Shown: one piece after another, positions 18,001-24,471 of the stretch
Layout: each line of letters opens with the position of its first letter
Position numbering within the stretch: the stretch's first letter is position 1
Source of the DNA: a virus
Lineage: Duplodnaviria > Caudoviricetes
Direction: 5' to 3' (one strand)
IMG/VR virus record: IMGVR_UViG_3300005512_000318
Span: 1-24,471 of that record
Length of the DNA stretch: 24,471 nt
Translations under genes and position numbers: made by a program
Notes under the pieces: model-generated
Seen by the model: only the letters and a program-made list of their open reading frames with translations
Told to the model about the DNA's origin: nothing
Databases searched by the model: none

Positions 18001-18261
18001 AACCGACGTGGGGCGCTGCTTGATCGGTACCACTATGCTGTCAAAGGTGACAGTCCTGAGAGCCCGTCGGATGTGTTGAAGGATATTATGGAGTACAACC
18101 GGGACCACCCAGACTATCCCATCGAAGAGAGCAACTTGGAGAGTTCGCTCCGCACCCGCAGCAATAACGACATCATCGCGCAAATGACAGGCGGTATGAT
18201 TGTTAACAAGCGGTTTGTAGAGCAAATCTTGCGGTCAAACGCGGAGTTTGGGGAAATCTAA
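12031..18261 (+). CDS. Large polyvalent-type internal virion protein (2076 aa) with zincin-like HExxH domain and PLxRFG-like C-terminal region
   Basis: N-terminal ALKNAHAAGDTEAARKLA helix and Gly/Ala-rich hydrophobic segments; TVLHEAGH (14818-14832) with downstream REFAIEA; YFPLDRSGEF (15973-16002); long helical C-terminus. Confidence 0.75.
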   Translation: MATLQQLGTALKNAHAAGDTEAARKLANAITRVKSTTAAQQPTQTTQPEAPRERLDLTPAPPETSLLGYIPETAKAIGRGAAGLLESSAFGAAFALPEEAEQAARGAVTETGRAVQESSLLAPDKAYEDNTFISLMEGLGSTLPFLAAGLSGPLGWAAGLGLGVSAGAGEAGQRAERAGATEEEISRAAGLGTLVGGTEMLPIASVVSRARRVLGPNTEKVAEEVAETFAGKINRLRTGTRTGRIAQGAVEEAIQESAAEVGQNLIAQGVYDPDTDTFAGVPESAGLGGGVGGIVAFLAELIDPKLSRRGRTQTDTQQDQADTEETPEAEAEAEAEVIPPPVTPEPEPEAEAEAEAEVRRPPVTPEPEPAPVEEAEAEAVTPPPVTPEPEPAPIDEQIAQEQRRIEREEAAAEEELSQEEINARLQRAAEGMRAPETAPETAPETAPETAPETTPETPSIVEAFNRARARLERQGAARVRAFNKARERLRQQEEAGEIQPVPRGKSDSFDTDVQKVLAVRDTAVNKRNRYSQKASARVYFGSSEDTLALAESATTTDNQPEIAKTLQDTASGKQFFEQNATEADPLDIGLRSMAFDSVKPTDPGVKVAKTNRQAERAIQFVRSELSPETNATLDQYLTEARRQQQRIEETDVAREVADIATKVARSGATQPINLVEEDLAPLNVSKAKARSIINKVNEAPTGKQAEVLARQLSGLQVQKRTSKATRARVKALLANPTFAEYGLADRDTARGGPTLGGFYKDEEAKALADEYIEDVPESDGPTDQNVKDLSDEALDTKYVIDETADSYEDAVEMMDELGFDPMMDYLRADAVSNVAGPASPETQAKLEAGDLVGALTQIAKDSPNPQAKSIARNLAKAVKRLQDKAKKATPVTFADTLTSLEGNPLAGAFTVTDGIQINRAIPLTNHTVLHEAGHLVLDETLGRASSPITQRLKGLYEEAKTLVPHAYGMDSFREFAIEAYTNPDFQKKLAAAKRRNEKQSLWRKFVSAISRIFGIESRPETLLGETLRTLQAVVSPESTYSTSRYLDIATSEGHEQAAQYIMNPNIGFPSENILQQSARKLASAGRRLTRRARIAMMDGLSLQNHARMLKDTSIGGMAKELEQLLAEQDGLRTKETQIFSEQNTKFVNAFKGDTQALKTFEYVVNNATINEVDPTKPETNYSSYGYKYIDNNGNLQEAYGEKGVGFKTRKEAKAAADAAKNMLPAEDFATEIEITSPDPEKVALHRDLKNRLESLTKEQQNVFTELRDTYKKTNAKILDAIEQRLEMFELDNNTKRAVKERIFKKVMTSGIIDPYFPLDRSGEFWLRFEGEDPSGQMEVALMAFETEAEQEAAEDYLNSGIDVTVKKGSVERLSLDQIKNDFSMSGTLSTTTALELKKLVDGLNIPEGNPKEAAAKQEFLNELDKILFRTLPEQALLQGHKKRKNIPGYEVNPLKAFQNRQQININSYANLLYEPRISALQNRIQEKIKTDPEFAEDTFNRDLAIMVAGTKDQTEKMGFGLPSYTEFAKDPRISPTIRNIRAGIFNWTLGLNPSSAAVNMVTLPTIVGPQLNAKFGMVRGTSAMNKAMKYYMGSYKRQRPGIMGYDIGLTNLEPGTEAEQQINNILAPLTKRMLETGQDKRTIVMEDAALDRPTSNFLRKVSTLTGFIFNHSERFIRQVSAGSHYIAAVEQKFGKPFAEVTNKELTDNADSLRELAQEAIDFMEYTNSSAVLTTAPRYAQSGFGSLIYQFKRYPTQIAALQFHMFKGLFDTLNLTNRDVKTPEQIAEAKQLAKALAWTYGAGGALLGAKGLPLYGTVAMAFNMMFGEEDEEDFNTLVQKAVGSGWYYGAIAAVLGLDITDRASLTNLMLRDRGNYRPQSNADAVLGLVESYGGPAIGIGLRGVESMRELMDSDPRNNRRAIENMLPTAFSNFAKSYRVATEGYETRRGDPIVGEVDTGDVLRQVAGFRPAKFRLEQDKLALNYRIRRGVQNRRGALLDRYHYAVKGDSPESPSDVLKDIMEYNRDHPDYPIEESNLESSLRTRSNNDIIAQMTGGMIVNKRFVEQILRSNAEFGEI
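13006..13209 (+). repeat. Low-complexity linker: (EA)n runs plus three PPVTPEPEP units
   Basis: GAAGCA hexamer runs and CCGGTAACACCGGAACC three times. Confidence 0.85.
13333..13400 (+). repeat. 12-bp tandem repeat CCGGAAACAGCA (PETA), four perfect plus two degenerate copies
   Basis: Units at 13333, 13345, 13357, 13369, 13381 and 13393. Confidence 0.95.
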
Positions 18262-18263
18262 AC

Positions 18264-18288
18264 AAAAAATGCCCCCATGTAGGGGGCA
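18264..18288 (-). terminator. Intrinsic terminator on the - strand
   Basis: Minus strand: TGCCCCC-TACAT-GGGGGCA followed by TTTTTT (7-bp GC-rich stem, 5-nt loop, U6). Confidence 0.85.
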
Positions 18289-18313
18289 AAACCTCAAAGG
18301 AGAACGATGAAGT
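18264..18313 (-). ncRNA. Candidate ~50-nt small RNA with anti-SD/anti-start-codon seed
   Basis: Bounded by a predicted sigma70 promoter and the terminator. Sequence ACUUCAUCGUUCUCCUUUGAGGUUUUGCCCCCUACAUGGGGGCAUUUUUU. Expression is unproven. Confidence 0.5.
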
Positions 18314-18319
18314 AGCTAT

Positions 18320-18348
18320 ATAGTACTATGTCGACATTTTTGGCACAA
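18320..18348 (-). promoter_or_regulatory. Predicted sigma70 promoter TTGTGC-N17-TACTAT
   Basis: -35 at 18348-18343, 17-nt spacer, -10 at 18325-18320; predicted +1 at A18313. Confidence 0.55.
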
Positions 18349-18355
18349 TATGTAG

Positions 18356-18619
18356 TTACCTTTTTCGACCGCTGCCTCGCCCGCGCTTTACGGGTTTCTC
18401 CCGAATCATCCAAACACGCATACCGTATTTGCCATCTACAACGCATACCCGGAACACCAGCTTTTTGTCCCCCAGTGCAAACAACTCCCGCAATTGACGC
18501 TTAGCCCGTTCCGTGTTGATGCAGGGTACAAATATAGATGCCCCTACGACAAACTTGTCCGCCAGTATGTCAATGTCTACCCCGTCCGGAGATATAGTTA
18601 CAACGTTGCTCGTGGTCAT
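18356..18619 (-). CDS. Small hypothetical protein (87 aa), basic C-terminus, possibly nucleic-acid binding
   Basis: ATGA overlap with the primase stop; F.VGASIFVPC...DGKYGMRVW pattern typical of small genes following phage primase-helicases. Confidence 0.7.
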   Translation of the reverse strand: MTTSNVVTISPDGVDIDILADKFVVGASIFVPCINTERAKRQLRELFALGDKKLVFRVCVVDGKYGMRVWMIREKPVKRGRGSGRKR

Positions 18620-21552
18620 TCTTCCAAGTCTTTTAGGGTAACCTCATACACATACAAGCTGCCGATGTCGATTTTGGTACCCGACCCCAACCGTACCGTC
18701 TTTGGCTTACCACCCATCTCGTTCACCAACCGCGTACGTACACTTTCCCAGTGGTAGTTTTGCTGTAGACACCACGTCTTGAACGGAGCCGGAAGCAGAT
18801 ACAGTTTATCCACGTCATACTCATGGCGGCCCGCCCACTGATTGATAGGCATCGCGTCAGCACCCCGGTACAGGTTTTCCAAGTCGCCAATCTGCGGGTC
18901 TTCGCCGTTGCTTTTTATCCGCAGAAATCGGTTGACGTTTTCGGCATAGTACTGGCGCACAATCTCTGCTATGGGGACGTTCATCTCCATCAAGCTTTCT
19001 TTTTGTTCCCGCAGCCGTGCTACACACCACTGGTACAGGTTGTCCATATCCCAACTGTGCAACCCAATCTTTTTAGCTTCGCACGTGCCTACGTAGACTA
19101 CGGCCGCTTGAGCACACCAGAACCGGTGTTGTGCGGTTAATCCAGCATCTATGTTTAGTTGGTCAATGGTTTTAGCTACCATATCTGCAACTTCTTTTTG
19201 GTTTGCGATTATGTGCTGTATGTATACCTCGCCGGCGTGCCCGTAATTTTCATCTAGTAGCTTGGCCAACTCCCGCCCCAGTCGAGTGTCTTCTTCCCCG
19301 GTGAGCAGCAGGGTAGCTTCTTGGTTTATGACCCGACCAAGCTCGCCTTTTGGTGTGGCCCGGTATTTAGTAGCGCGCTCTGTAATGCTGGTGTTGCCGG
19401 TAGCGCCCACCAAGAGGTTCCAAATATCGCCCCGGTACCGCTCTACGTTTTGCCCCGTGTTGCTCAGGCGGTTACGTTGTTCCCCATTGGACACCGCATA
19501 GCAAAACTCACTAGCCTGCTTGCCTTCCAGATTGGACATCTCGTCTACGTATAGCACGATGTTTTTGTACACTTCTGCCCGGAGGAACAGTGAATGGTGC
19601 GTGTCTTGCCCTTTGACGATAACTTTCGCCGGGTCTCCCCACACAGAGGCACCCCCCATCTGGCCCGTAGTTTTTCCGTATCCGGTGTCTGCACTGGTCA
19701 AATTGTAGGTAGACCCGTGCATCCCTGATACAAACTGCATTAGTGGCGAGCCAAACGATAACCCGAACATGTATTGGTGCGGTTCAAACCCCGGCCGATT
19801 GTAGAACCCCGGTATCTTTTTCCAGTCTTCCAATGAACCCTTCTTTTTGAAATAGGGGAAATACTGCGATGTCCGGGCACCGGGTGGGTTTGGCTTGGTG
19901 TTTACCGCAGTTATTTCTCGGTCACCCACAACAAAAGACTGGTTGTTTTCTGTCCAACCAAATTGGGTACGTACCTTTATTTCGTCTTGCGTACGCTGCA
20001 GCTCTTTAATCCACTTTTCCATATATGCCATTAACCTTTCTGAATTCTTAGCACGTACAAAGATATCGTTTTTGCACATCTCTTTTCTAAACTCTTCGGG
20101 GGAAGACAGTGTAACGCCAGAGGTTACAAAATCATGCACGCCTTCTCGTTTGGTATGGTGCCGAATCAAGTAGCATGGTCCTTCTATGGGGTCACGCAGC
20201 CGGCTTAGCATGTACAGATCGTTGTCGTGTATAAGTATATCTTCCGGTTCCCCGTCCTTGTCTTTAGTGCAGTGATACACACCCCCGCTAGCCCCCCGTG
20301 CGTACGGTTTCGGATATGGCGGTACATGGTATGACTTTGTTGTTGGCGCGACTAACGTGGTGTCTTGTTCTTCGTCGACCTCGTATTCGACGGGTGCTGG
20401 TGGCGCTGGAGGTTCTTTAGCTTCGACCACTTCTACCACTTCTACCACTTCTACCACGCTGCCTTCTTCGGGCGCGCGCTTCAACTCTCCACATAGGGAT
20501 ATGGGGGAGCGAATCTTAGTCTGCTTGTGCGGGCACCCCTTACACCCCGCCGGGTAATCGTCGGCAAACGTAGAGCAGAAGTGCGGCTTCTCTATACCGG
20601 CCGCTATTTTTTCGGTTTCTTCTTCGCTGTAGCCCTCGTATTTTGAGGATACAATGTGTATCGCTTTGCCACCGTCTTCGCAGAACTTCGCAATAGACAG
20701 GACATGAAGCCACTGGTTGTAGGTCAAGTCGTTGGGGTTGTCTATGGCCCGCTTAATTTGGTTGCACCCAGTACCAGAAACAATCTTGCGTACCAAGTTG
20801 CCGAATTTAAACGTTTTGTTCTTCAACCCCATAGCCGCAAGCATGTCTTCCCGGTCTTGCTCGGAAAACGTTCTGGGGATTAACGCGGGGTCTGACTCGC
20901 TTTTGGCTATGTCTGGGAACTTATTGGAGAATTCATCCAGTGTTACTCGGGTGCCGGTGTCCGCCATTACAGCCACAGAGGCTGGGGGGTTTGGTTTGTA
21001 GTTGTGTGTATTTGGCACACGCAGAACACGCGCCGCATCTGCGGGTACAGCCGTATCAACATCAAACCCAGCGGACGCGCACGCAGCCTTGAATTTCTCA
21101 GCAACTGGTTTCCAAGCGTCTGGGGAGTGGGGCTTGTCTAGCACCCAGTAAACGTGTAGGCCCCGGCCAGAATTGACGACATACGACGGCATGGGCAACC
21201 CGTAAGCCTCTTGAAACTTATGCAGCGCAAGCACACCGGCTTTTTGGTCGGGAATAGGCTTATCCTCCCCACAATCAACATCGAGGAAGAAACATTTTGT
21301 TTGACATACGTTCTTAGCTAGTCGACGGTATTTTCGGCTATCTTTCTCTGTTTGCGGGTTTTCGTTAAAGGTACTGACAGCAAAATACGTATTGAGTCCA
21401 CTTTTATCGAACTCCTGTGCCGCCGCCAATATATCGTCTACGTTATCGCGGAACTCGTGCAGTACAGGCGCGCCTTTTTCATTGGCAATACCTACAGCAC
21501 AATACTTACCTTCATCGCCTAACACCGCAGTTAAAAACTGCTTTGCGTCCAT
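18616..21552 (-). CDS. Primase-helicase: RepB/AEP-type primase, Cys-rich region, DUF927 and P-loop helicase
   Basis: FFLDVD, VNSGRGLHVYW and RVLRVPNTHNYK primase motifs; C...CxxCPH; QFGW (DUF927-like); Walker A TGYGKTT and Walker B LYVDE. Start set at ATG 21552 (MDAKQF), downstream of the terminator, rather than 21606. Confidence 0.88.
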   Translation of the reverse strand: MDAKQFLTAVLGDEGKYCAVGIANEKGAPVLHEFRDNVDDILAAAQEFDKSGLNTYFAVSTFNENPQTEKDSRKYRRLAKNVCQTKCFFLDVDCGEDKPIPDQKAGVLALHKFQEAYGLPMPSYVVNSGRGLHVYWVLDKPHSPDAWKPVAEKFKAACASAGFDVDTAVPADAARVLRVPNTHNYKPNPPASVAVMADTGTRVTLDEFSNKFPDIAKSESDPALIPRTFSEQDREDMLAAMGLKNKTFKFGNLVRKIVSGTGCNQIKRAIDNPNDLTYNQWLHVLSIAKFCEDGGKAIHIVSSKYEGYSEEETEKIAAGIEKPHFCSTFADDYPAGCKGCPHKQTKIRSPISLCGELKRAPEEGSVVEVVEVVEVVEAKEPPAPPAPVEYEVDEEQDTTLVAPTTKSYHVPPYPKPYARGASGGVYHCTKDKDGEPEDILIHDNDLYMLSRLRDPIEGPCYLIRHHTKREGVHDFVTSGVTLSSPEEFRKEMCKNDIFVRAKNSERLMAYMEKWIKELQRTQDEIKVRTQFGWTENNQSFVVGDREITAVNTKPNPPGARTSQYFPYFKKKGSLEDWKKIPGFYNRPGFEPHQYMFGLSFGSPLMQFVSGMHGSTYNLTSADTGYGKTTGQMGGASVWGDPAKVIVKGQDTHHSLFLRAEVYKNIVLYVDEMSNLEGKQASEFCYAVSNGEQRNRLSNTGQNVERYRGDIWNLLVGATGNTSITERATKYRATPKGELGRVINQEATLLLTGEEDTRLGRELAKLLDENYGHAGEVYIQHIIANQKEVADMVAKTIDQLNIDAGLTAQHRFWCAQAAVVYVGTCEAKKIGLHSWDMDNLYQWCVARLREQKESLMEMNVPIAEIVRQYYAENVNRFLRIKSNGEDPQIGDLENLYRGADAMPINQWAGRHEYDVDKLYLLPAPFKTWCLQQNYHWESVRTRLVNEMGGKPKTVRLGSGTKIDIGSLYVYEVTLKDLEE

Positions 21553-21567
21553 TTTATTATCACCCAG

Positions 21568-21595
21568 AAAAATAGGGGCACCGGTATGGTGCCCC
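21568..21595 (-). terminator. Intrinsic terminator between the SSB-like gene and the primase
   Basis: Minus strand GGGGCACC-ATACC-GGTGCCCC followed by TATTTTT. Confidence 0.8.
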
Positions 21596-21613
21596 ACCAA
21601 AAACAAAAACTAC

Positions 21614-22558
21614 TTACTCGTCGTCAAATTCGTCGAGCAGACTAGCCAAGTCTTCGTTTTTCGGTTTCTCTTCTTTCTTCTTGGACTTACGGACTTTCGG
21701 CGCGTCATCTACCGCCTCGGCAGTTTCTTTTTCTTCGCCCTCGTCTTCGGACTCCTCGTCCGTGAACAACGGAGGCAGTGCGGCAGGTTTTTCTTCTTCA
21801 TCATCGCCACCTTCTTCGTCTTGTTTTTTGCTGTTGGTAACTTTAATGGCCACAAGCTCAGCAGCATCCGGGCTTCGTTGTACCTCAACTGCAAGCCCAA
21901 GCTCTTCTTCGGCCAGCGGGCGCACTGCTTTGAACCACAGTTTCGGGGTAGAGCTGTTGGTGTCAAAACACATTTCTGTAACTACAGAAGCCAACGGAGT
22001 AGTGTGGGCGCTTAGATGCCGTGCGTACGCCATCATGCCACGTTTCTTCTGATCGTCACCAAACACGCTAGTTGCCGGCAGAGACAGCAGGTACGGTTCG
22101 GCTGACTTGATGTTCCCGTCTTCGTCAGCGATAAGAACTGCGACACGCTGCTGGTACCGACACGCCCGGCTATCCCCTTGGCCAGACCCTTTGATGTTTT
22201 GTGGGCAGTCCATACAGCGAGAGCTTTGGCGGGATTCCTCTGGTACCTCGTCTGCAGGTTTCTGCACCGATGTGTCGGCAGCCCAGCATGTTGGGGGGTT
22301 TGTTTCACCGGGGCTGTAGGTGCCCGCGTAGTACATGCGTGAGATGGGTGCTGCCTTCGCAATCACTACTTTCAACGAGCGCGCGTCAATCTCCCCGACT
22401 TCTTGGCCGTTAACTACTTTCCGGAATACCCCACCCCGGATGCTAAGCCGCCGGTTGGATACAAACGCCCCACCCGTTAAATTGGTTTCCGGCTCCAATT
22501 GCGCTAGCAAATCCTGATAGCTAGCCGGAAGGTTTTGCGCTTGGATAATGTCAGTCAT
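21614..22558 (-). CDS. Probable single-stranded DNA-binding protein with Zn-binding Cys cluster and acidic tail
   Basis: Start moved to ATG 22558 (SD AGGAG, ATGACTGA overlap with the upstream stop). RLSIRGGVFR, P.CW, CMDCPQN..GS...RACRY; very acidic C-terminus ending LLDEFDDE. Confidence 0.65.
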   Translation of the reverse strand: MTDIIQAQNLPASYQDLLAQLEPETNLTGGAFVSNRRLSIRGGVFRKVVNGQEVGEIDARSLKVVIAKAAPISRMYYAGTYSPGETNPPTCWAADTSVQKPADEVPEESRQSSRCMDCPQNIKGSGQGDSRACRYQQRVAVLIADEDGNIKSAEPYLLSLPATSVFGDDQKKRGMMAYARHLSAHTTPLASVVTEMCFDTNSSTPKLWFKAVRPLAEEELGLAVEVQRSPDAAELVAIKVTNSKKQDEEGGDDEEEKPAALPPLFTDEESEDEGEEKETAEAVDDAPKVRKSKKKEEKPKNEDLASLLDEFDDE

Positions 22559-22772
22559 TCTGTTCTCCTGTGCTTTCTGCACTGTCATCTGTGTTACTGG
22601 CTCGCAATGCGGCAATAACTGCTTTTAAATCAAAACGGTAAGTCTTGCCTACTTTAAGGTAAGTATTTCTGGGGATATTGCCCTTACGCACCCAGTCTTG
22701 CACTGTCGTAGGTTTTACTCCCAGAGTTTCCGCTACTTCCTCTACCCGTACTAAATCTGAACCATCAATCAC
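22551..22772 (-). CDS. Excisionase/HTH_17-type winged-HTH DNA-binding protein (73 aa)
   Basis: VEEVAETLGVKPTTVQDWVRKGNIP....KVGKTYRF motif. Confidence 0.88.
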   Translation of the reverse strand: MIDGSDLVRVEEVAETLGVKPTTVQDWVRKGNIPRNTYLKVGKTYRFDLKAVIAALRASNTDDSAESTGEQND

Positions 22773-23176
22773 TTCTTTGCCCTCCGTACATTCACTGTAT
22801 ATTCGCTGGTGACGTTTAAACCGGGGGGTAGTAAATCCGGGTTTTCTTCGAGGAAAGTTTTTATATTAGTCTGATGCAGACGTTTTTCCAAGAGGTCAAC
22901 AGCTTCGTGTTCCAAAATAAACTGACTCATTGAGTGCCAGTCGTTTGTTGAAAACCGTTTTGAAACGGTACGATAAAAAGTGCCCGCCTCAGTACGGACG
23001 GACTCAACACCCGCTTCCTTACAATGCTCCAGTAAGGCGGTACGGATAATGTCGAGTTTCCGCTCGTATTCGGTTTCAAGCGCTTTTAGTTCTCGTGCGG
23101 TTTGGTTTTTCTTGTCGCGGATTTTGAGATAGGTAGCGACAAGTTTATCCACACCAACCTGCTCTGCGTCGGTCAT
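22769..23176 (-). CDS. Conserved phage replication-module hypothetical protein (135 aa), N-terminal coiled coil
   Basis: SD AGGAG; LVATYLKIRD...coiled coil...SVRT.AGT.YR...DW...FI......DLLEKR...PPG pattern. Function not assignable. Confidence 0.75.
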   Translation of the reverse strand: MTDAEQVGVDKLVATYLKIRDKKNQTARELKALETEYERKLDIIRTALLEHCKEAGVESVRTEAGTFYRTVSKRFSTNDWHSMSQFILEHEAVDLLEKRLHQTNIKTFLEENPDLLPPGLNVTSEYTVNVRRAKK

Positions 23177-23214
23177 AACGTTCTCCTGTGAGATTGTTTC
23201 GCGTTGTTTTAGTT

Positions 23215-23242
23215 ATTATAGTGCTGTTTTATTAACTTTCAA
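23215..23242 (-). promoter_or_regulatory. Strong sigma70-type promoter TTGAAA-N16-TATAAT
   Basis: -35 at 23242-23237 (inside the helicase 3' end), perfect -10 at 23220-23215, ~30-nt leader to SD AGGAG and ATG 23176. Confidence 0.75.
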
Positions 23243-24470
23243 GTATTTCTTGGTATAAATCTATTATTTTTGAATGCACGTCAATTCTGGAATCCAACAT
23301 ACTATATATGCGCTTTTCTATGCTCGAACCTACTAGCTGTACCACTGTGCAGGGGTGCTTTTGTCCGGACCGGTGTACTCGGGCGTTGGCTTGTGCGTAA
23401 GTTTCCAATGAAGACACCGGGCCCCACCACACGATTGTATTCGCTGCAGTGAGGGTAACCCCATGGGCGGCAGACTGCGGTTGGATAATTAATACTCGGG
23501 GGTCGGAGGTTGTTTGGAACGTGTTGAAAATCTCCGTACGTTTGGCAGCAGGCACGTCACCACGAATTATCGCGTTGGTTATATTGTCGCTATCAAGCTT
23601 TTCTGCCAACATGTCTATGGCATGTTTGAACGGTACAAAGATAAGGACTTTCTGGCTGGATTCGTCGATGACTTCTTTCAGCACCCGGTAGCGTTTTTTG
23701 ATGTCAAACTCTACTGTCTCGCCGTTGTCGGCATAGACTGCGCCGCAGGATATTTGTAGCAACTTGTTCATGTTAACCGCTGCGTTGGCTGCTGTTATTT
23801 GTTCGCCGGCAGCAACTGTCACCATGTGCTTGCGTATGGCTTCGTAGTATCTCTTCTGTTGAGGAGTTAGTTCTACGTCGCGTTTTGTATAGGTCATCTC
23901 GGGCAGGTCCATGCACTGCTTTTTAGTAAACCGGATTGCCGGCTGCAGTACATCAAACACAGTCTCCGTTGCGGTTTCTTTGGGCACCCACTTAAACTGG
24001 GTTACCTTGTACATAACCATGTCTCGAAACGCCCCAAAGAATCTGGGTACGCGTTTGTTGTTAATAAGTTTGGCCAAACCGTAAGCATCCAGCGGGGACT
24101 GTGCAGCGGGGGTACCAGTCATCATCCACAACCATGACTCCGGGCGTAGCAACGAGTTTAAGGCTTTCCAGCGATTGGACTGGGCGTTTTTGTAGTGTGT
24201 CGCTTCGTCTACGATAAATAGATCAAACTCGTTGTTGGCGATTTCGTTCCGTACGATTTCCACGCCGTCGTAATTGATGATTACAAACTCGGCATCCCCT
24301 TCGATTATTTCTTTACGCTTTTCGCGGGAGCCATGTGCTACATCTACTGGACGGTGCATCGCTACTTTAAATAAGTCCGCGCGCCACGCTGAATCCATGA
24401 TAGATAGAGGGCATATAATCAAGGCACGCCGTATTTTTCCTTGCGTCATTAAGTAGTCTGCCGCCCAAAT
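23232..24470 (-). CDS. SNF2-family (SF2) helicase, 5'-truncated by the window edge
   Basis: LIICPLS (Ia), IVDEATH (II), MTGTP (III), AAHGVTLT (V), QANARVHRSGQ (VI). The frame stays open to the window end (IWAADYLMT); motif I lies outside the window. Confidence 0.93.
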   Translation of the reverse strand: MWAADYLMTQGKIRRALIICPLSIMDSAWRADLFKVAMHRPVDVAHGSREKRKEIIEGDAEFVIINYDGVEIVRNEIANNEFDLFIVDEATHYKNAQSNRWKALNSLLRPESWLWMMTGTPAAQSPLDAYGLAKLINNKRVPRFFGAFRDMVMYKVTQFKWVPKETATETVFDVLQPAIRFTKKQCMDLPEMTYTKRDVELTPQQKRYYEAIRKHMVTVAAGEQITAANAAVNMNKLLQISCGAVYADNGETVEFDIKKRYRVLKEVIDESSQKVLIFVPFKHAIDMLAEKLDSDNITNAIIRGDVPAAKRTEIFNTFQTTSDPRVLIIQPQSAAHGVTLTAANTIVWWGPVSSLETYAQANARVHRSGQKHPCTVVQLVGSSIEKRIYSMLDSRIDVHSKIIDLYQEILES

Positions 24471-24471
24471 C

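Larger units (their letters stand above)
1..24471. mobile_element. Tailed dsDNA phage (Caudoviricetes) genome fragment, podovirus-like; late structural/lysis block (+) converging on early replication block (-)
   Basis: Holin and lysozyme, tail-hub-like protein, large ejection-type proteins, primase-helicase, SNF2 helicase; dense, tightly packed operons; no host housekeeping genes. No integrase or att site in the window, so free phage versus prophage cannot be decided. Confidence 0.95.

Noticed and set aside
20421-20457. 9-bp repeat (ACCACTTCT) as replication-origin iterons in the primase gene
   Set aside because: It encodes a (VVE)n linker with only three to four copies and no adjacent AT-rich unwinding region; slippage is the simpler explanation.
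21553-21606. Longer primase start at 21606
   Set aside because: It runs through the terminator hairpin and has no SD; ATG 21552 is more plausible.
21392-22052. + strand ORFs of 207 and 123 aa
   Set aside because: They are antisense to real genes, and their Phe/Ser-rich composition mirrors the Glu/Lys-rich SSB tail.
22559-22615. Longer start for the SSB-like gene
   Set aside because: It overlaps the HTH gene; AGGAG directly precedes ATG 22558.
22551-22772. HTH gene as proof of a temperate lifestyle
   Set aside because: Excisionase-like HTH proteins also occur in replication modules; no integrase, repressor or att site is visible.
1-24471. tRNA, rRNA, intron or intein, alternative genetic code
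   Set aside because: No cloverleaf, intein or intron signature was noticed, and the standard code gives near-complete coding density.

Overview
The whole window is a fragment of a tailed dsDNA bacteriophage genome, most likely podovirus-like; the gene families suggest an aquatic Proteobacteria host. It has two convergent gene blocks. The + strand block (1-18261) is late/structural: end of a probable tail-fibre gene, two small fibre-associated genes, an exported matrixin-type Zn metalloprotease, a lysis cassette (DUF6127-like protein, an unannotated 40-aa membrane peptide, 3TM holin, GH24 lysozyme), a P22-gp10-like tail hub protein, a C1q/BclA-like virion protein, and four probable internal-virion/ejection proteins. 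The last of these is a 2076-aa polyvalent-type protein with an HExxH zincin and a PLxRFG-like domain. The - strand block (24471-18356) is early/replication: SNF2 helicase (truncated), conserved hypothetical, excisionase-type HTH, probable SSB, primase-DUF927 helicase and a small hypothetical. Most notable: (1) the gap between the blocks holds a self-contained sigma70 promoter, a ~50-nt transcript and an intrinsic terminator, and the transcript's 5' seed is complementary to the SD and start codon of two phage early genes, making it a candidate phage anti-RBS sRNA; (2) a 1187-aa virion protein carries 5-6 tandem HTH-like modules, three of them very recently duplicated; (3) a [F/Y]xxGGx[V/I/L] motif recurs across three consecutive ejection proteins. 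Family names come from motif recognition, not database searches.
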